Below are positions 44,472 to 54,071 of a DNA stretch of 56,328 nucleotides, in pieces. How positions within the stretch are numbered: the first letter of the stretch is position 1; the number at the start of each line of letters is the position of its first letter. The notes below the pieces were generated by a model that saw nothing but the letters and a program-made list of their open reading frames with translations, was not told where the DNA came from and made no database searches. The stretch spans positions 1 through 56,328 of the IMG/VR virus record IMGVR_UViG_3300008448_000099; one strand, 5' to 3'. Both the position numbers and the translations under genes were made by a program. This DNA comes from a virus. Lineage: Duplodnaviria; Caudoviricetes.

Positions 44472-45071
44472 ATGAGTGCAACCTCTGCTCCGTTTGGACT
44501 GCGCCCCGCGTTCCATCCTTCTGGTCTGGATCGCGCCGCAGCTCTTGCAAACGGAATTCAAGCTGTATCGACCTCCGGGAATGTATCCGCTGGCTACGCT
44601 AGCAACATCCTCAAAGGTCAACCCGTAAAAATGAACACCGCTGGTTACATTGAAGTCGCCGCTACTGGCGAGGCTTTCCTTGGCGCTTTTGCAGGCGTTG
44701 AGTGGACTGATGCAACCGGTCGGCGCCGTGTAAGCAACTACTGGCCCGCCAATGAGTCTTTCCAAGTTGGCTCCGTGATTGCTTATTTCTACCAAGACGC
44801 CAATATCGTCTATGAGATTCAGGCAGCAGGTTCCCTGACTCAGGCCGCTATCGGCGACGAGTTCGACATCACTAACGAAACTGCTGGCTCTACCACTACC
44901 GGTCTGTCGCAAGCTACCCTTGGTACTTCGGCTGCTGGTTCGGGTAACGCTAAGCAGATGCGTGTGATTGATATTGCTCCGTACCCCGACAATGCTTGGG
45001 GAGATGCGTACACGATTGTACGAGCCGTTATTAGCGAATCGCAGTACGCAGGTACTGTTAACGCAATCTAA
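44472..45071 (+). CDS. Putative capsid-associated (decoration/cement) protein
   Basis: Strong AAGGAG RBS. Ala/Gly-rich beta protein directly upstream of the MCP. Confidence 0.6.
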   Translation: MSATSAPFGLRPAFHPSGLDRAAALANGIQAVSTSGNVSAGYASNILKGQPVKMNTAGYIEVAATGEAFLGAFAGVEWTDATGRRRVSNYWPANESFQVGSVIAYFYQDANIVYEIQAAGSLTQAAIGDEFDITNETAGSTTTGLSQATLGTSAAGSGNAKQMRVIDIAPYPDNAWGDAYTIVRAVISESQYAGTVNAI

Positions 45072-45085
45072 GGAGGGCATAGAAC

Positions 45086-46000
45086 ATGGCAGCCCCGATG
45101 CGTAGTACCGACTTTAGAAGTATTGTTGAGCCAATCCTTAACGAATGCTTCGATGGAGTCTATGATCAGCGTACCGATGAGTGGTCGCGTGTTTTCCGCG
45201 AGCAACAAGGTATTCCCCGCAACTATCACGAAGAGCCCGTCCTTTATGGATTTGGCGCTGCGCCCCAACTGCCTGACGGTACTCCGGTAACGTATCAGCA
45301 GGGTGGCGTACTCTTCCTGAAGCGCTATGTGTACTCGGTGTATGGCCTTGCCTTCGCCCTGACCAAAGTGCTCGTGGAAGACGGCGACCATATCCGTATT
45401 GGTCAGGTATATGCTCGTCACCTAGCTCAGTCCTTGATTGAAACCAAGGAAACGCTGGCTGCGAACATTCTTAACCGTGCGTTTAACTCCGCTTACCCTG
45501 GTGGCGATGGCGTTCAACTGAACTCCGCTTCGCATCCGATTGTAAACGGTACATTCAGCAACCTGCTGACAACCCCTGCAAACCTGTCGCAGACCTCGCT
45601 TGAGCAGATGCTCATTCAGATCCGTCAGGCAGTAGACAACAACGGCAAGAAGATCCGTTTGGTGCCCCGTCAGTTGGTCGTGGCTCCTGGCAATGTCTTC
45701 CAAGCTGAAGTTCTGCTGAAGTCCGTGCTCCGTGCAGGCAACGCAAACAACGACATCAACCCGATCAAGTCCATTGGACTGCTCGACGAGGGTGCTGCTG
45801 TTCTGTCGCGTCTGACCTCTGCAACGGCTTGGTGGGTTCAGACGGATGCTCCGGAAGGCATGAAGCTCATGATGCGTCGTGGTCTTGAGAAGACCATGGA
45901 AGGTGACTTTGAGACCGACACAATGCGGTACAAGGCAACTGAGCGTTATGACCTCGGCTTCACCGATCCCCGTGCTATGTACGGTACACCTGGCGTCTAA
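45086..46000 (+). CDS. Major capsid protein
   Basis: 304 aa with an AAGGAGG RBS and strongly biased codons. HK97/Mu gpT-like features: 'YGLAF..T....ED', 'LVVAP', 'GDFET...RYKA.ERY..G..DPR..YG'. Confidence 0.85.
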   Translation: MAAPMRSTDFRSIVEPILNECFDGVYDQRTDEWSRVFREQQGIPRNYHEEPVLYGFGAAPQLPDGTPVTYQQGGVLFLKRYVYSVYGLAFALTKVLVEDGDHIRIGQVYARHLAQSLIETKETLAANILNRAFNSAYPGGDGVQLNSASHPIVNGTFSNLLTTPANLSQTSLEQMLIQIRQAVDNNGKKIRLVPRQLVVAPGNVFQAEVLLKSVLRAGNANNDINPIKSIGLLDEGAAVLSRLTSATAWWVQTDAPEGMKLMMRRGLEKTMEGDFETDTMRYKATERYDLGFTDPRAMYGTPGV

Positions 46001-46041
46001 TGGATGGGGGCCTTGTGCCCCCCTCTCTCTAGGAGAATGCA

Positions 46042-46731
46042 ATGGCAAATCTAGTAACTCGTTTCCCCAATGGCGTGACCAACGTGGGAGAGGATTCGCT
46101 ATTTGCTGATCTGGGAATGCCAGCCCCGACTCTGTTTCACAGTTACATGGAAGACTTCGACTATTACACGGCCGGAGATTGGACAGTAACTGAGACTGAT
46201 GCGGGTGCTACACAGGCACTTACAGACGGTGATGGCGGTCTGCTTTTAATCACCAATACCGCGGCAGACAATGATCTTGTTGCTATCCAGAAAAAAGGCG
46301 AGTCATTCCGCTTTGCTTCTGGCAAAAAGTTGTTCTTTGAAGCTCGCTTCAAGGTCAATGATGCAACTCAGTCTGACTTGGTAATGGGTCTTCAAATTAC
46401 TGACACAACCCCGCTTGATGTGTCGGATGGCGTGTTCTTTATCAAGGCTGACGGTGCCGCTACGGTTAACCTGTTGGTTGAGAAGAACAACACGGCAACC
46501 ACCGCATCTTCTGTAGCAACAATGGTTGATGACACGTTTATCCGTCTTGGTTTCTTCTATGACGGCGATTCGCAGGTTCAGTACTTCGTAAACGGCGTTC
46601 TTGGCGGTGCTTCGGTTACCACCAACCTGCCTGATGACGAAGACATGACCATTTCGTTTGCGCTTCAGAACGGCGAAGCCGTAGCGAAAACCATGACGGT
46701 TGACTACATCTTCGTTGCGAAGGAGCGTTAA
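46042..46731 (+). CDS. Putative capsid decoration/minor head protein (beta-sandwich)
   Basis: AGGAG RBS. 'TRFPNGV' N-terminus and a lectin-like beta-rich body. Follows the MCP. Confidence 0.55.
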   Translation: MANLVTRFPNGVTNVGEDSLFADLGMPAPTLFHSYMEDFDYYTAGDWTVTETDAGATQALTDGDGGLLLITNTAADNDLVAIQKKGESFRFASGKKLFFEARFKVNDATQSDLVMGLQITDTTPLDVSDGVFFIKADGAATVNLLVEKNNTATTASSVATMVDDTFIRLGFFYDGDSQVQYFVNGVLGGASVTTNLPDDEDMTISFALQNGEAVAKTMTVDYIFVAKER

Positions 46732-46733
46732 TC

Positions 46734-47621
46734 ATGGGTCAGTTCAAGCCAATGGTCAAAATGATGACCACGGAGCCCACCGTTGAGTTAAAACTCAAAA
46801 AGGGCGGGAAGGTTGAGAAGAAGATGCAGTCGGGCGGGGCTTTGGCTTCCACGGCTTCTCCTGCCCCGGCAGCAATGTCGATGGCAGGGGATACCATGGG
46901 TGGTGCCGCTCCTATGCGTCCTTCTTTGGCCGCTCGTCGCCGCATGATGCGTAATCGTCCTTCAGGTGCGGCTCCCGCTGCTCCCGTTGGTTCGGCAGCA
47001 CAAGTCATGAAAAAAGGCGGTGAGACCAAGGCTGAACACGCAGCCGAGATGAAGAAAATGGCTAAGACCGCTGAGAAGCTGAAAGAGCACGCCGACAAGC
47101 CTGCTTCCAAGGCTCACAAGGGTCTGAAGACAGGCGGCGTTGTGAAGGGTCAAGGCGGTTACAAGACCGGTGGCGTAGTGATGGGTCAGGGCGGCTATAA
47201 GGCCGGCGGGATCATCACGGAGAAGGAAGGGTCGAAAGACGCTGGTGAATACAAAAACACCAAGATGGTCACGACCAAGCCCGATCATTCGCCTGCAAAA
47301 ACCGGTGGCGTGAAGCTCGGCAACGGCGGTGGCTACAAGAAAGGCGGTGCCGCAAAAAAGTATGCTGAGGGCGGGTCGGTGAACGATTCTGGTAAGGCTG
47401 AAAAGATGCCTCAGGGTCGTAAGAAGCCGTCTGCGTCCGTAAGCATTACTGAACTCTCCGGAACCTTCAAAAAGGGTGGGTCAGTAATGACCCCGGCAGA
47501 GAAGCGTTTGACTAAGGTATTTGATAAGGAAAACGCCCCTGCAATGAAGGCTGCTAAGACCAAGGATGTTGAGGTCTATAGCAAGTACGGAAAGAAAATG
47601 CGGTACGGTGGTTCGTGCTAA
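46734..47621 (+). CDS. Lys-rich low-complexity protein with 11 xxxGG motifs (putative internal head protein)
   Basis: LKKGG, MQSGG, MKKGG, LKTGG, YKTGG, YKAGG, AKTGG, YKKGG, YAEGG, FKKGG and MRYGG. Confidence 0.7.
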   Translation: MGQFKPMVKMMTTEPTVELKLKKGGKVEKKMQSGGALASTASPAPAAMSMAGDTMGGAAPMRPSLAARRRMMRNRPSGAAPAAPVGSAAQVMKKGGETKAEHAAEMKKMAKTAEKLKEHADKPASKAHKGLKTGGVVKGQGGYKTGGVVMGQGGYKAGGIITEKEGSKDAGEYKNTKMVTTKPDHSPAKTGGVKLGNGGGYKKGGAAKKYAEGGSVNDSGKAEKMPQGRKKPSASVSITELSGTFKKGGSVMTPAEKRLTKVFDKENAPAMKAAKTKDVEVYSKYGKKMRYGGSC

Positions 47622-47623
47622 AC

Positions 47624-47651
47624 AAGGTAGGGGCTTCGGCCCCTGCTTTTT
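47624..47651 (+). terminator. Intrinsic terminator with cUUCGg loop
   Basis: gtaggggc-ttcg-gcccctgc followed by ttttt. Confidence 0.85.
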
Positions 47652-47666
47652 AGTGAGGAATAAAAG

Positions 47667-47972
47667 ATGAAATTGCAGACTGTAAGCCAAACCGGAGTGG
47701 GCTCAAGCGATCCGATCGTGATGAACCTGAACGCCACCCCTTTCAATGTTGGCTTTGGCGTGGTGAAAAGCGGAACTGTCGATTACACCGTTCAGCATAC
47801 TTTTGACGATCCAGCGGTTGGGTTTACCACTTGGTTTCCGCATCCAACAGTAGCCGCTCAGATTGCAAACGCTGACGGAAACTATGCTTTCCCAGTAACG
47901 GCTATCCGGGTGACCATGAATTCGGGAACCGGCACCGCTACCTTGAAACTGATTCAAGCAGGCATTGCGTAA
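47667..47972 (+). CDS. Small beta-sandwich virion protein
   Basis: GAGG RBS. All-beta pattern. Confidence 0.6.
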   Translation: MKLQTVSQTGVGSSDPIVMNLNATPFNVGFGVVKSGTVDYTVQHTFDDPAVGFTTWFPHPTVAAQIANADGNYAFPVTAIRVTMNSGTGTATLKLIQAGIA

Positions 47973-48193
47973 TGGCCGGCGGCGTTGGCTTTGAAGAAGT
48001 AGCGAATTTCGCTAATACCTTCCCTGGGCAAGCCTCAGGTACGGTTGCTGACGCTCATAACGGATACGGCAATGATGTTGGAGGCCAATCGGTGATTGTT
48101 CGAGGGCCGGTAGCCGCAGGACCCTATTACATCCTGATGGAAAGCACAGGCTATGTCCTTCAGGAAAACAGCGACAAGATTGAGTTGGAGTAA
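47972..48193 (+). CDS. Small virion protein
   Basis: TAATG coupling. C-terminal 'ILMESTGYVLQENSDKIELE'. Confidence 0.6.
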   Translation: MAGGVGFEEVANFANTFPGQASGTVADAHNGYGNDVGGQSVIVRGPVAAGPYYILMESTGYVLQENSDKIELE

Positions 48194-48196
48194 AAA

Positions 48197-48778
48197 ATGG
48201 CAGATACCAAGATCTCAGCAATGACCGCGGCTTCGCTACCATTAGATGGCACGGAGTTAGTGCCTATTGTTCAGAGCGGCAATAACAAAAAGACCACAGT
48301 AGCTGATATTGACGCTTACAACAGGTCTTACGGCCAATGGAGCGATTCAACTAGTCAGACCGGCAATATTTCTGCCGGAACGGTCATGACGTTTAATACG
48401 CAGGATGTTGTCGACACCATTACATTGGTTGGCGGCACCCAATTTACCGTTCCAAATACCGGTATTTATGACCTGCAATTTAGCGCTCAACTTAAAAATA
48501 CTGACAATACCCAACATGAGACGGTCATTTGGTTCAAGGTAAATGGTACGGATGTGCCTAGTTCAGCTACTGCTATTACTGTTCCTGCTCGAAAAACAGC
48601 AAACATTTATGGTTATGCCGTAGCCGCATGGAACATTTTCTTTGACTTAAATTCAAACGATTACGTTGAAATTTATTGGTTGCCATCATCAACTTTGGTA
48701 ACCCTTTCTGCACAGTCTTCGACGGCTACGCATCCTGCGATTCCATCGGTCATCGCAACCTTACAGCAGGTGGCATGA
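48197..48778 (+). CDS. Head/neck fibre protein with a C1q/TNF-like beta C-terminal domain
   Basis: 'MADTKISAM...GTELVPIVQSG...KTT' N-terminus and 'FTVPNTGIY.LQFSAQL...L..NDYVEIYW'. Confidence 0.6.
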   Translation: MADTKISAMTAASLPLDGTELVPIVQSGNNKKTTVADIDAYNRSYGQWSDSTSQTGNISAGTVMTFNTQDVVDTITLVGGTQFTVPNTGIYDLQFSAQLKNTDNTQHETVIWFKVNGTDVPSSATAITVPARKTANIYGYAVAAWNIFFDLNSNDYVEIYWLPSSTLVTLSAQSSTATHPAIPSVIATLQQVA

Positions 48779-48978
48779 TGCCAGCCAAGTCAAAATCTCA
48801 GTTTCGGCTAATGAAAGCGGCTGAATACAACCCTAAGTTTGCTAAGAAGGTTGGTATTAAGCCTTCTGTGGCGGCTGAGTTTACTGAAATGAATGTCGGC
48901 AAGAAGTCTTATGCAAAATTGCCTGACTCAAAGCCTGCAAAAAAATCAGGCGGAAAAATTAAGAAAGGGGTGTTTTAA
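48775..48978 (+). CDS. Small Lys-rich protein
   Basis: MPAKSKSQFRLM.AA..NP.FAKKVGI..SVAAEF, with an ATGA overlap. Confidence 0.7.
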   Translation: MMPAKSKSQFRLMKAAEYNPKFAKKVGIKPSVAAEFTEMNVGKKSYAKLPDSKPAKKSGGKIKKGVF

Positions 48979-49446
48979 ATGGCTATGAATCCTATGGGTG
49001 ACGACTTTAAATTGATGACCCCAATTGCTCCAGATGTAAAAAGCCCGTTACGCGCTGGGCCAGACTTGACTCCTCGTCAAATTTTTAATCAACAACGAGA
49101 AGCCGCACAAGTTGCTAGACGAACTGCTATGCAGCCAGTTCGTCAAATGCAAGATATTGCTCAACGGCGTGCAGCAAAAGAGTCTGTTATGTCAAATTAT
49201 AAAAACGCAGTTGAAAAAGCAAGGGATGCTTTTAACCTTGCTAAAGCAGGTCCGCGCACTGGTGGGGATATGTTGCCACCCGGAAAGGCTCCAATTACCG
49301 ACATGGGTCCGGGTAGTGGTCTAGCGCCAAAAGCAGGGCAACCAATGGCATCCGCCCCAGTACCAAGTACTCCACCCGGAATGAAAAAGGGCGGCAAGAC
49401 TACCGTGGTAAAGACGGCCTCCAAAGGCAGAAAGTGCGATTGGTAA
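48979..49446 (+). CDS. Low-complexity protein with MKKGG motif
   Basis: Contiguous in the operon. Ends in CDW. Confidence 0.6.
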   Translation: MAMNPMGDDFKLMTPIAPDVKSPLRAGPDLTPRQIFNQQREAAQVARRTAMQPVRQMQDIAQRRAAKESVMSNYKNAVEKARDAFNLAKAGPRTGGDMLPPGKAPITDMGPGSGLAPKAGQPMASAPVPSTPPGMKKGGKTTVVKTASKGRKCDW

Positions 49447-49447
49447 A

Positions 49448-49705
49448 ATGGCTACCTCCAAGAAGGATGTGAACTTAGCCGTTGGCCGCGGAGAAAAGCT
49501 CCCCGTATCGAAAGGTGCTGGGCTAACTGCTAAAGGTCGGGCTAAGTACAACCGGGAGACCGGTAGCGATCTAAAAGCGCCTCAGCCACAGGGCGGTAAA
49601 CGCCGGGATTCATTCTGTGCTCGTATGGGTGCGATTGCTACCAAAAGCGAGCGGGGAAGTCGTGCCCGCGCATCTATGAAGCGTTGGAACTGTCCGGGGT
49701 GGTAA
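49448..49705 (+). CDS. Small basic protein (DUF6321-like)
   Basis: 'GLTAKGRAKYNR.TGS.LKAP...RR.SFCARM...RW.C'. Confidence 0.65.
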   Translation: MATSKKDVNLAVGRGEKLPVSKGAGLTAKGRAKYNRETGSDLKAPQPQGGKRRDSFCARMGAIATKSERGSRARASMKRWNCPGW

Positions 49706-50779
49706 ATGGCCTATTCAGGAACCGTAGGAACCACGGTCATCAATGTTCAAACGATGATCGATCATGCGGCAAGACGGAGCGGGAAACTTGCTGAAGAACT
49801 GACCTCTGAGCAGATCATCTCTGCTCGAGAGTCGTTATTTTTTGCTTTATCTGCCCTTGCCAACAAAGGCATCAATTATTGGGCGATCAATAAGAAGGTC
49901 ATTGGTCTAAAGGCTAATCAATACATTTATAAGCTACCGATTGGTGCTATAGATGCCCTGAATGTGCTCTATCGGACGATGAATCGACCGGTTGGGGACT
50001 ATGCTACTAGCGCAGGAGGTACAGTTGGCTTCGTCGCAGACTCCGACATTGACACTTATTGTCAGCAATCCTCAGCGAACGGAAACATCTCCGTTTATTA
50101 CGGTACCGATAACCCAATTTATGCTGGCTCCATTGGTTTTCTGCCTTACATTTCAGGCGGCGGTAGTGCTACTTGGTCTATCATTCTTGAGTATTCGACT
50201 GACGGCAGCACCTGGAACACGCTTGAGGACTTGGGGACGATAGCCGTCACCGACAATGAGTGGGTTTGGACTGATGTTGACCCCGGTCAGAATGTTGAGT
50301 ACTACCGAATCCGGGCTTATAACGGCACAACGCTAGCTTTGCGGGAGTTTTATGTCGGAAATAACGCCCGTCTGATCCAAATGTCCCGCTTAAACCGGGA
50401 TGACTACACAAATCTGCCCAATCAGAACTTCACGGCTAACCAGCCATATCAGTTTTGGTTCGATAGAACGATCCCTCAGCCGACTATGTACCTTTGGCCG
50501 GTGCCTTCTGACCCGTTTATTCAGATGACGGTGTGGTATTCCCGTCAGATCATGGATGTCGGGGCTTTGACCAATGAGCTAGAGGTGCCTCAAAGATGGT
50601 ATGAGGCCACAATCTTCATGCTTGCCCACCGGATGGCGCTTGAGATGCCTAATGTGGCTCCTGATCGCATTGCTTACCTAGAAAAGATGGCCGATCGGTA
50701 CATCTATGAGGCTGAGCAGGAAGAGCGCGACAAGTCGCCTATCTACTATGCGCCTAACATTGCGGTCTACACCCGATAA
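49706..50779 (+). CDS. Putative tail adaptor (tubular protein A-like) with an inserted discoidin-like domain
   Basis: Helical ends and 'YLWPVP'. Central 'LEYSTDGSTW...YYRIR'. Confidence 0.55.
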   Translation: MAYSGTVGTTVINVQTMIDHAARRSGKLAEELTSEQIISARESLFFALSALANKGINYWAINKKVIGLKANQYIYKLPIGAIDALNVLYRTMNRPVGDYATSAGGTVGFVADSDIDTYCQQSSANGNISVYYGTDNPIYAGSIGFLPYISGGGSATWSIILEYSTDGSTWNTLEDLGTIAVTDNEWVWTDVDPGQNVEYYRIRAYNGTTLALREFYVGNNARLIQMSRLNRDDYTNLPNQNFTANQPYQFWFDRTIPQPTMYLWPVPSDPFIQMTVWYSRQIMDVGALTNELEVPQRWYEATIFMLAHRMALEMPNVAPDRIAYLEKMADRYIYEAEQEERDKSPIYYAPNIAVYTR

Positions 50780-51120
50780 TGCCGCGTTTTCTTGACACCA
50801 CAGGCTTAACTTCAGTAGCGATTGCGGTATGCGATCGATGCAAGATGAAGCGAGCCTATGTAAACCTTGGCCCTGATCCTAACTTTCCCGGTTTGCGGGT
50901 TTGCGATCAGGGTTGCAAGGATGAGTTCGACCCTTATAGATTACCCGCAAGGAAGACGGAGAGGATCAATCTTCGCTTTCCGAGGCCGGATGTGAGTGTT
51001 GCTAATGTGCAACCTGCACTCCAAACAGGGGGTTATGGTCAGTTCTTGATCTCCACACAAGGAAATCAGGACGATCCGGAAACCAATGGAAACCTTGACG
51101 TAATTAGTCCGAGCGAATAA
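50779..51120 (+). CDS. Small Cys-containing virion protein
   Basis: CDRC...VC..GC.D..DP motif, with TAATG coupling on both sides. Confidence 0.6.
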   Translation: MPRFLDTTGLTSVAIAVCDRCKMKRAYVNLGPDPNFPGLRVCDQGCKDEFDPYRLPARKTERINLRFPRPDVSVANVQPALQTGGYGQFLISTQGNQDDPETNGNLDVISPSE

Positions 51121-54071
51121 TGCCATCAGCCCAAGTCACCATTACCCAATTACCGCAAGCCGGCGCTATTACAGGCACCGAAGCGGTTCCTATCGTCCAA
51201 AACGGTCAGACGGTACAGACAACGACTGCGGCTATTGCGGCATCTCCTAGTCAGACTCAGACCTTTTTAACTCTAAATCAGGAGCCAACGCTCTCAAATA
51301 GCCGTTCTCTGTCCGTTAGTTCAGGGCTGACCCTGACCGATGGCGGTGCTCAAGGAGCTCTTCAGATCAGTTTTACGGGGTCGGTAGCAAGCCTTGTGAA
51401 CTCAACTCAGGGTCTACAGGCCAAAAACGGCTCAGGAGACCTTGTTGGACGCACTATTGTGGGCGGCACGGGCGTTTCTGTAACGAACGGCAACGGTGAC
51501 TCAGGAAACCCGACAATCGGCTTAGACGGCACCGTAGGGGCTTTGGCGGGGCTTGCCGGAACCGGCATTTTGGGCATCGTTGGTGGCAGTTCAGTCACCT
51601 CAGTAGAGATCCAAGGCACGGTTAATGAGATTGATGTAACCGATGGCACAGGTCCGGGCAACCCAACGATCAGTATTGCTACTGACCCTGTGATTCCGGG
51701 CACCGGGGCGATGAAATTGCCTTTAGGAACGACAGGAGAGCGTCCAGGCGGCTCTAATGGTCAGATCCGTTATAACACCACAACCAATCGTTACGAGGGC
51801 TATCAGAACGGCACTTGGTCAACTCTTGGCAATGGTGACGGCACGGTTACCTCTGTCTCAGGCACCGCCAATCAGATTAGTGTAGTAAACGGAACGACCA
51901 CTCCGGTTGTGTCGATTGCTAACAACCCGGTTTTTCCTGGAAATAGTTCGGTCACGGTGCCGATTGGAACTACGGGTGATCGGTCAGGAAGTCCGGTTAA
52001 CGGAATGTTCCGTTACAACAGTCAGACCGGAACCTTTGAGGGATACGCAAACAACGCTTGGGGTGCAATCACCACAGGTACCGGAGTAACATCGGTAGGC
52101 GTCTCAGGCGGTACTACGGGTTTAACGACAAGTGGTGGCCCGATTACTAGCTCTGGGACGATCACCTTTGCAGGCACCCTTATCACGGCTAACGGCGGTA
52201 CAGGGCTGTCGTCTTACACCGCGGGCGACATGGTGTATTACGCCGCAGGCGATGCCTTCACAAAGCTCGCTATCGGCACAAATGCCTACATCCTGACCTC
52301 TAACGGTACGGCGCCTGTTTGGACAGACCCGGCATCAGTTTCTGTGAGCACGGCCACAAACTTAGCCGGCGGCGCAGCAGGATCGATCCCCTATCAGACA
52401 TCTTCCGGGGTTACATCGTTCTTAGCCTCAGGAACGGGGGTGTTGGTTAATAGCGGCGGCAACCCGTCTTATAGTCTGACCCCGTCAGGGCTGACATCGG
52501 TCACGGTCACGCAGAATCCGACCGCGGCTCTGCAACTAGCCACGAAGCAGTATGTGGACGATGCGGTGTCCTCAGGGATTACGATTCACACCCCGGTTCG
52601 GGTTGAAACCCCAACAGCTCTAAACGCAACCTACACTCCGGGCGGGACTTCGGTCACCGTCACAGACATTACCGGCAACAAGACGCTGACCTTCTCGTCT
52701 TCTCCGGGGCTTTCAATTAACGATCAGATCGTCTTTTCGTCCACGGCTAACGGGATCACGGCAGGCACGGCCTACTATGTTTACTCAGCGCCGGCGGCCA
52801 ATCAGGTCACCCTTTCTCTGTCATATAGTGGGCCAGAACTCACGACCCTGACAAACGGTACTGGACTGACGATCGGCGGGTTAGTAAATGCCGGTGTAGG
52901 GGCAACCCTAACAAATGCCGGGGCAAACGCAGCCATCCAAATCGATGGTGTGAATCTGTCTTCTACGAACCGCGTGTTGGTCTATAACCAGGCTAATGCG
53001 GCGCACAACGGCGTCTATACGGTCACAACCGTGGGTGATGGGTCTACGCCGTGGGTACTGACTCGAGCAACCAATGAGAACACTTATAAGCCTGATAGCA
53101 CATCAGGGCTTGGAGCGGGCGACTACTTCTTCGTTCAAGAGGGTCTAACCGGTGCGGGCGAATCTTATGTTCTTACCACTAATAACCCGCTGATCATCGG
53201 CACCACAAACCTGACCTTTACTCAGTTCTCTGCCTCTCAGGTTTACTCAGCAGGCACCGGACTGACGCTGACCGGAACGACATTTAGCCTTACAAGCCCG
53301 GTAGTCACAAGCCTTGGCGGAACAGGGTTGACCTCATATACCGCCGGTGACTTGGTCTATTACGCCGCAGGAACGGCTTTATCGAAGCTAGGCATTGGCA
53401 CATCAACCTTCCTGCTCAGTTCAAACGGCACGGCGCCTCAATGGTCAGACCCATCAGGAGTTACGGTCGGATCGGCCACAACCGCAACCAATATCGCAGG
53501 CGGCACGGCTAATCAGATCCCATATCAGACGGGTGCGGGGGCGACATCGTTTGTCGCTGCGCCTTCGGTATCGAACACCTACCTTGAGTGGACAGGAAGC
53601 GCCTTCCAATGGTCTACGGTCACGGCAGGGGTCTCAAGCGTTACGGCATCGGCTCCTTTAGCCTCCTCAGGCGGCTCTACCCCTGACATTAGCCTGACCG
53701 GTACGGTGGCCACAGGAAACGGCGGAACGGGACTATCGACCTATACGGCAGGCGACCTTGTCTACTATTCGACCGGAACCGCTCTAAGTAAGTTAGGCAT
53801 CGGATCAAGCACATACCTGCTGACATCGAGCGGAACGGCTCCACAATGGTCTGATCCAACAAATGTGACAGTAGGGACGGCAACGAATGCCGCAAATGTC
53901 GCAGTTACGGCTACATCCGTAAACGCAACTTTCTATCCTGCTTTCGTAGATGCAACGACAGGAAACCAGGCGGTGGAAGTAGATACAGACCTTACCTACA
54001 ATCCATCAAGTAACACGCTCACCACCGGAACCTTGGTGGCAACTACAGGAATTTCAGGAGGTACCTTCTAA
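51120..54071 (+). CDS. Long tail fibre protein
   Basis: 983 aa, G/T/S-rich. Three 'GGTGL.SYTAGD.VYY..G....KL.IG' repeats, two 'P.GTT..R.....G..RYN.....EGY' repeats, and 'ATKQYVD'. Confidence 0.8.
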   Translation: MPSAQVTITQLPQAGAITGTEAVPIVQNGQTVQTTTAAIAASPSQTQTFLTLNQEPTLSNSRSLSVSSGLTLTDGGAQGALQISFTGSVASLVNSTQGLQAKNGSGDLVGRTIVGGTGVSVTNGNGDSGNPTIGLDGTVGALAGLAGTGILGIVGGSSVTSVEIQGTVNEIDVTDGTGPGNPTISIATDPVIPGTGAMKLPLGTTGERPGGSNGQIRYNTTTNRYEGYQNGTWSTLGNGDGTVTSVSGTANQISVVNGTTTPVVSIANNPVFPGNSSVTVPIGTTGDRSGSPVNGMFRYNSQTGTFEGYANNAWGAITTGTGVTSVGVSGGTTGLTTSGGPITSSGTITFAGTLITANGGTGLSSYTAGDMVYYAAGDAFTKLAIGTNAYILTSNGTAPVWTDPASVSVSTATNLAGGAAGSIPYQTSSGVTSFLASGTGVLVNSGGNPSYSLTPSGLTSVTVTQNPTAALQLATKQYVDDAVSSGITIHTPVRVETPTALNATYTPGGTSVTVTDITGNKTLTFSSSPGLSINDQIVFSSTANGITAGTAYYVYSAPAANQVTLSLSYSGPELTTLTNGTGLTIGGLVNAGVGATLTNAGANAAIQIDGVNLSSTNRVLVYNQANAAHNGVYTVTTVGDGSTPWVLTRATNENTYKPDSTSGLGAGDYFFVQEGLTGAGESYVLTTNNPLIIGTTNLTFTQFSASQVYSAGTGLTLTGTTFSLTSPVVTSLGGTGLTSYTAGDLVYYAAGTALSKLGIGTSTFLLSSNGTAPQWSDPSGVTVGSATTATNIAGGTANQIPYQTGAGATSFVAAPSVSNTYLEWTGSAFQWSTVTAGVSSVTASAPLASSGGSTPDISLTGTVATGNGGTGLSTYTAGDLVYYSTGTALSKLGIGSSTYLLTSSGTAPQWSDPTNVTVGTATNAANVAVTATSVNATFYPAFVDATTGNQAVEVDTDLTYNPSSNTLTTGTLVATTGISGGTF

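Noticed and set aside
46006-46023. GC hairpin after the MCP stop
   Set aside because: It lacks a U-tract, so it is not called a terminator. At most it is a pause or stability element.
44451-46048. Long antisense ORFs (209, 117 and 208 aa) opposite the capsid genes
   Set aside because: These are shadow frames expected from strong codon bias. They have no RBS, promoter or protein-like motifs.
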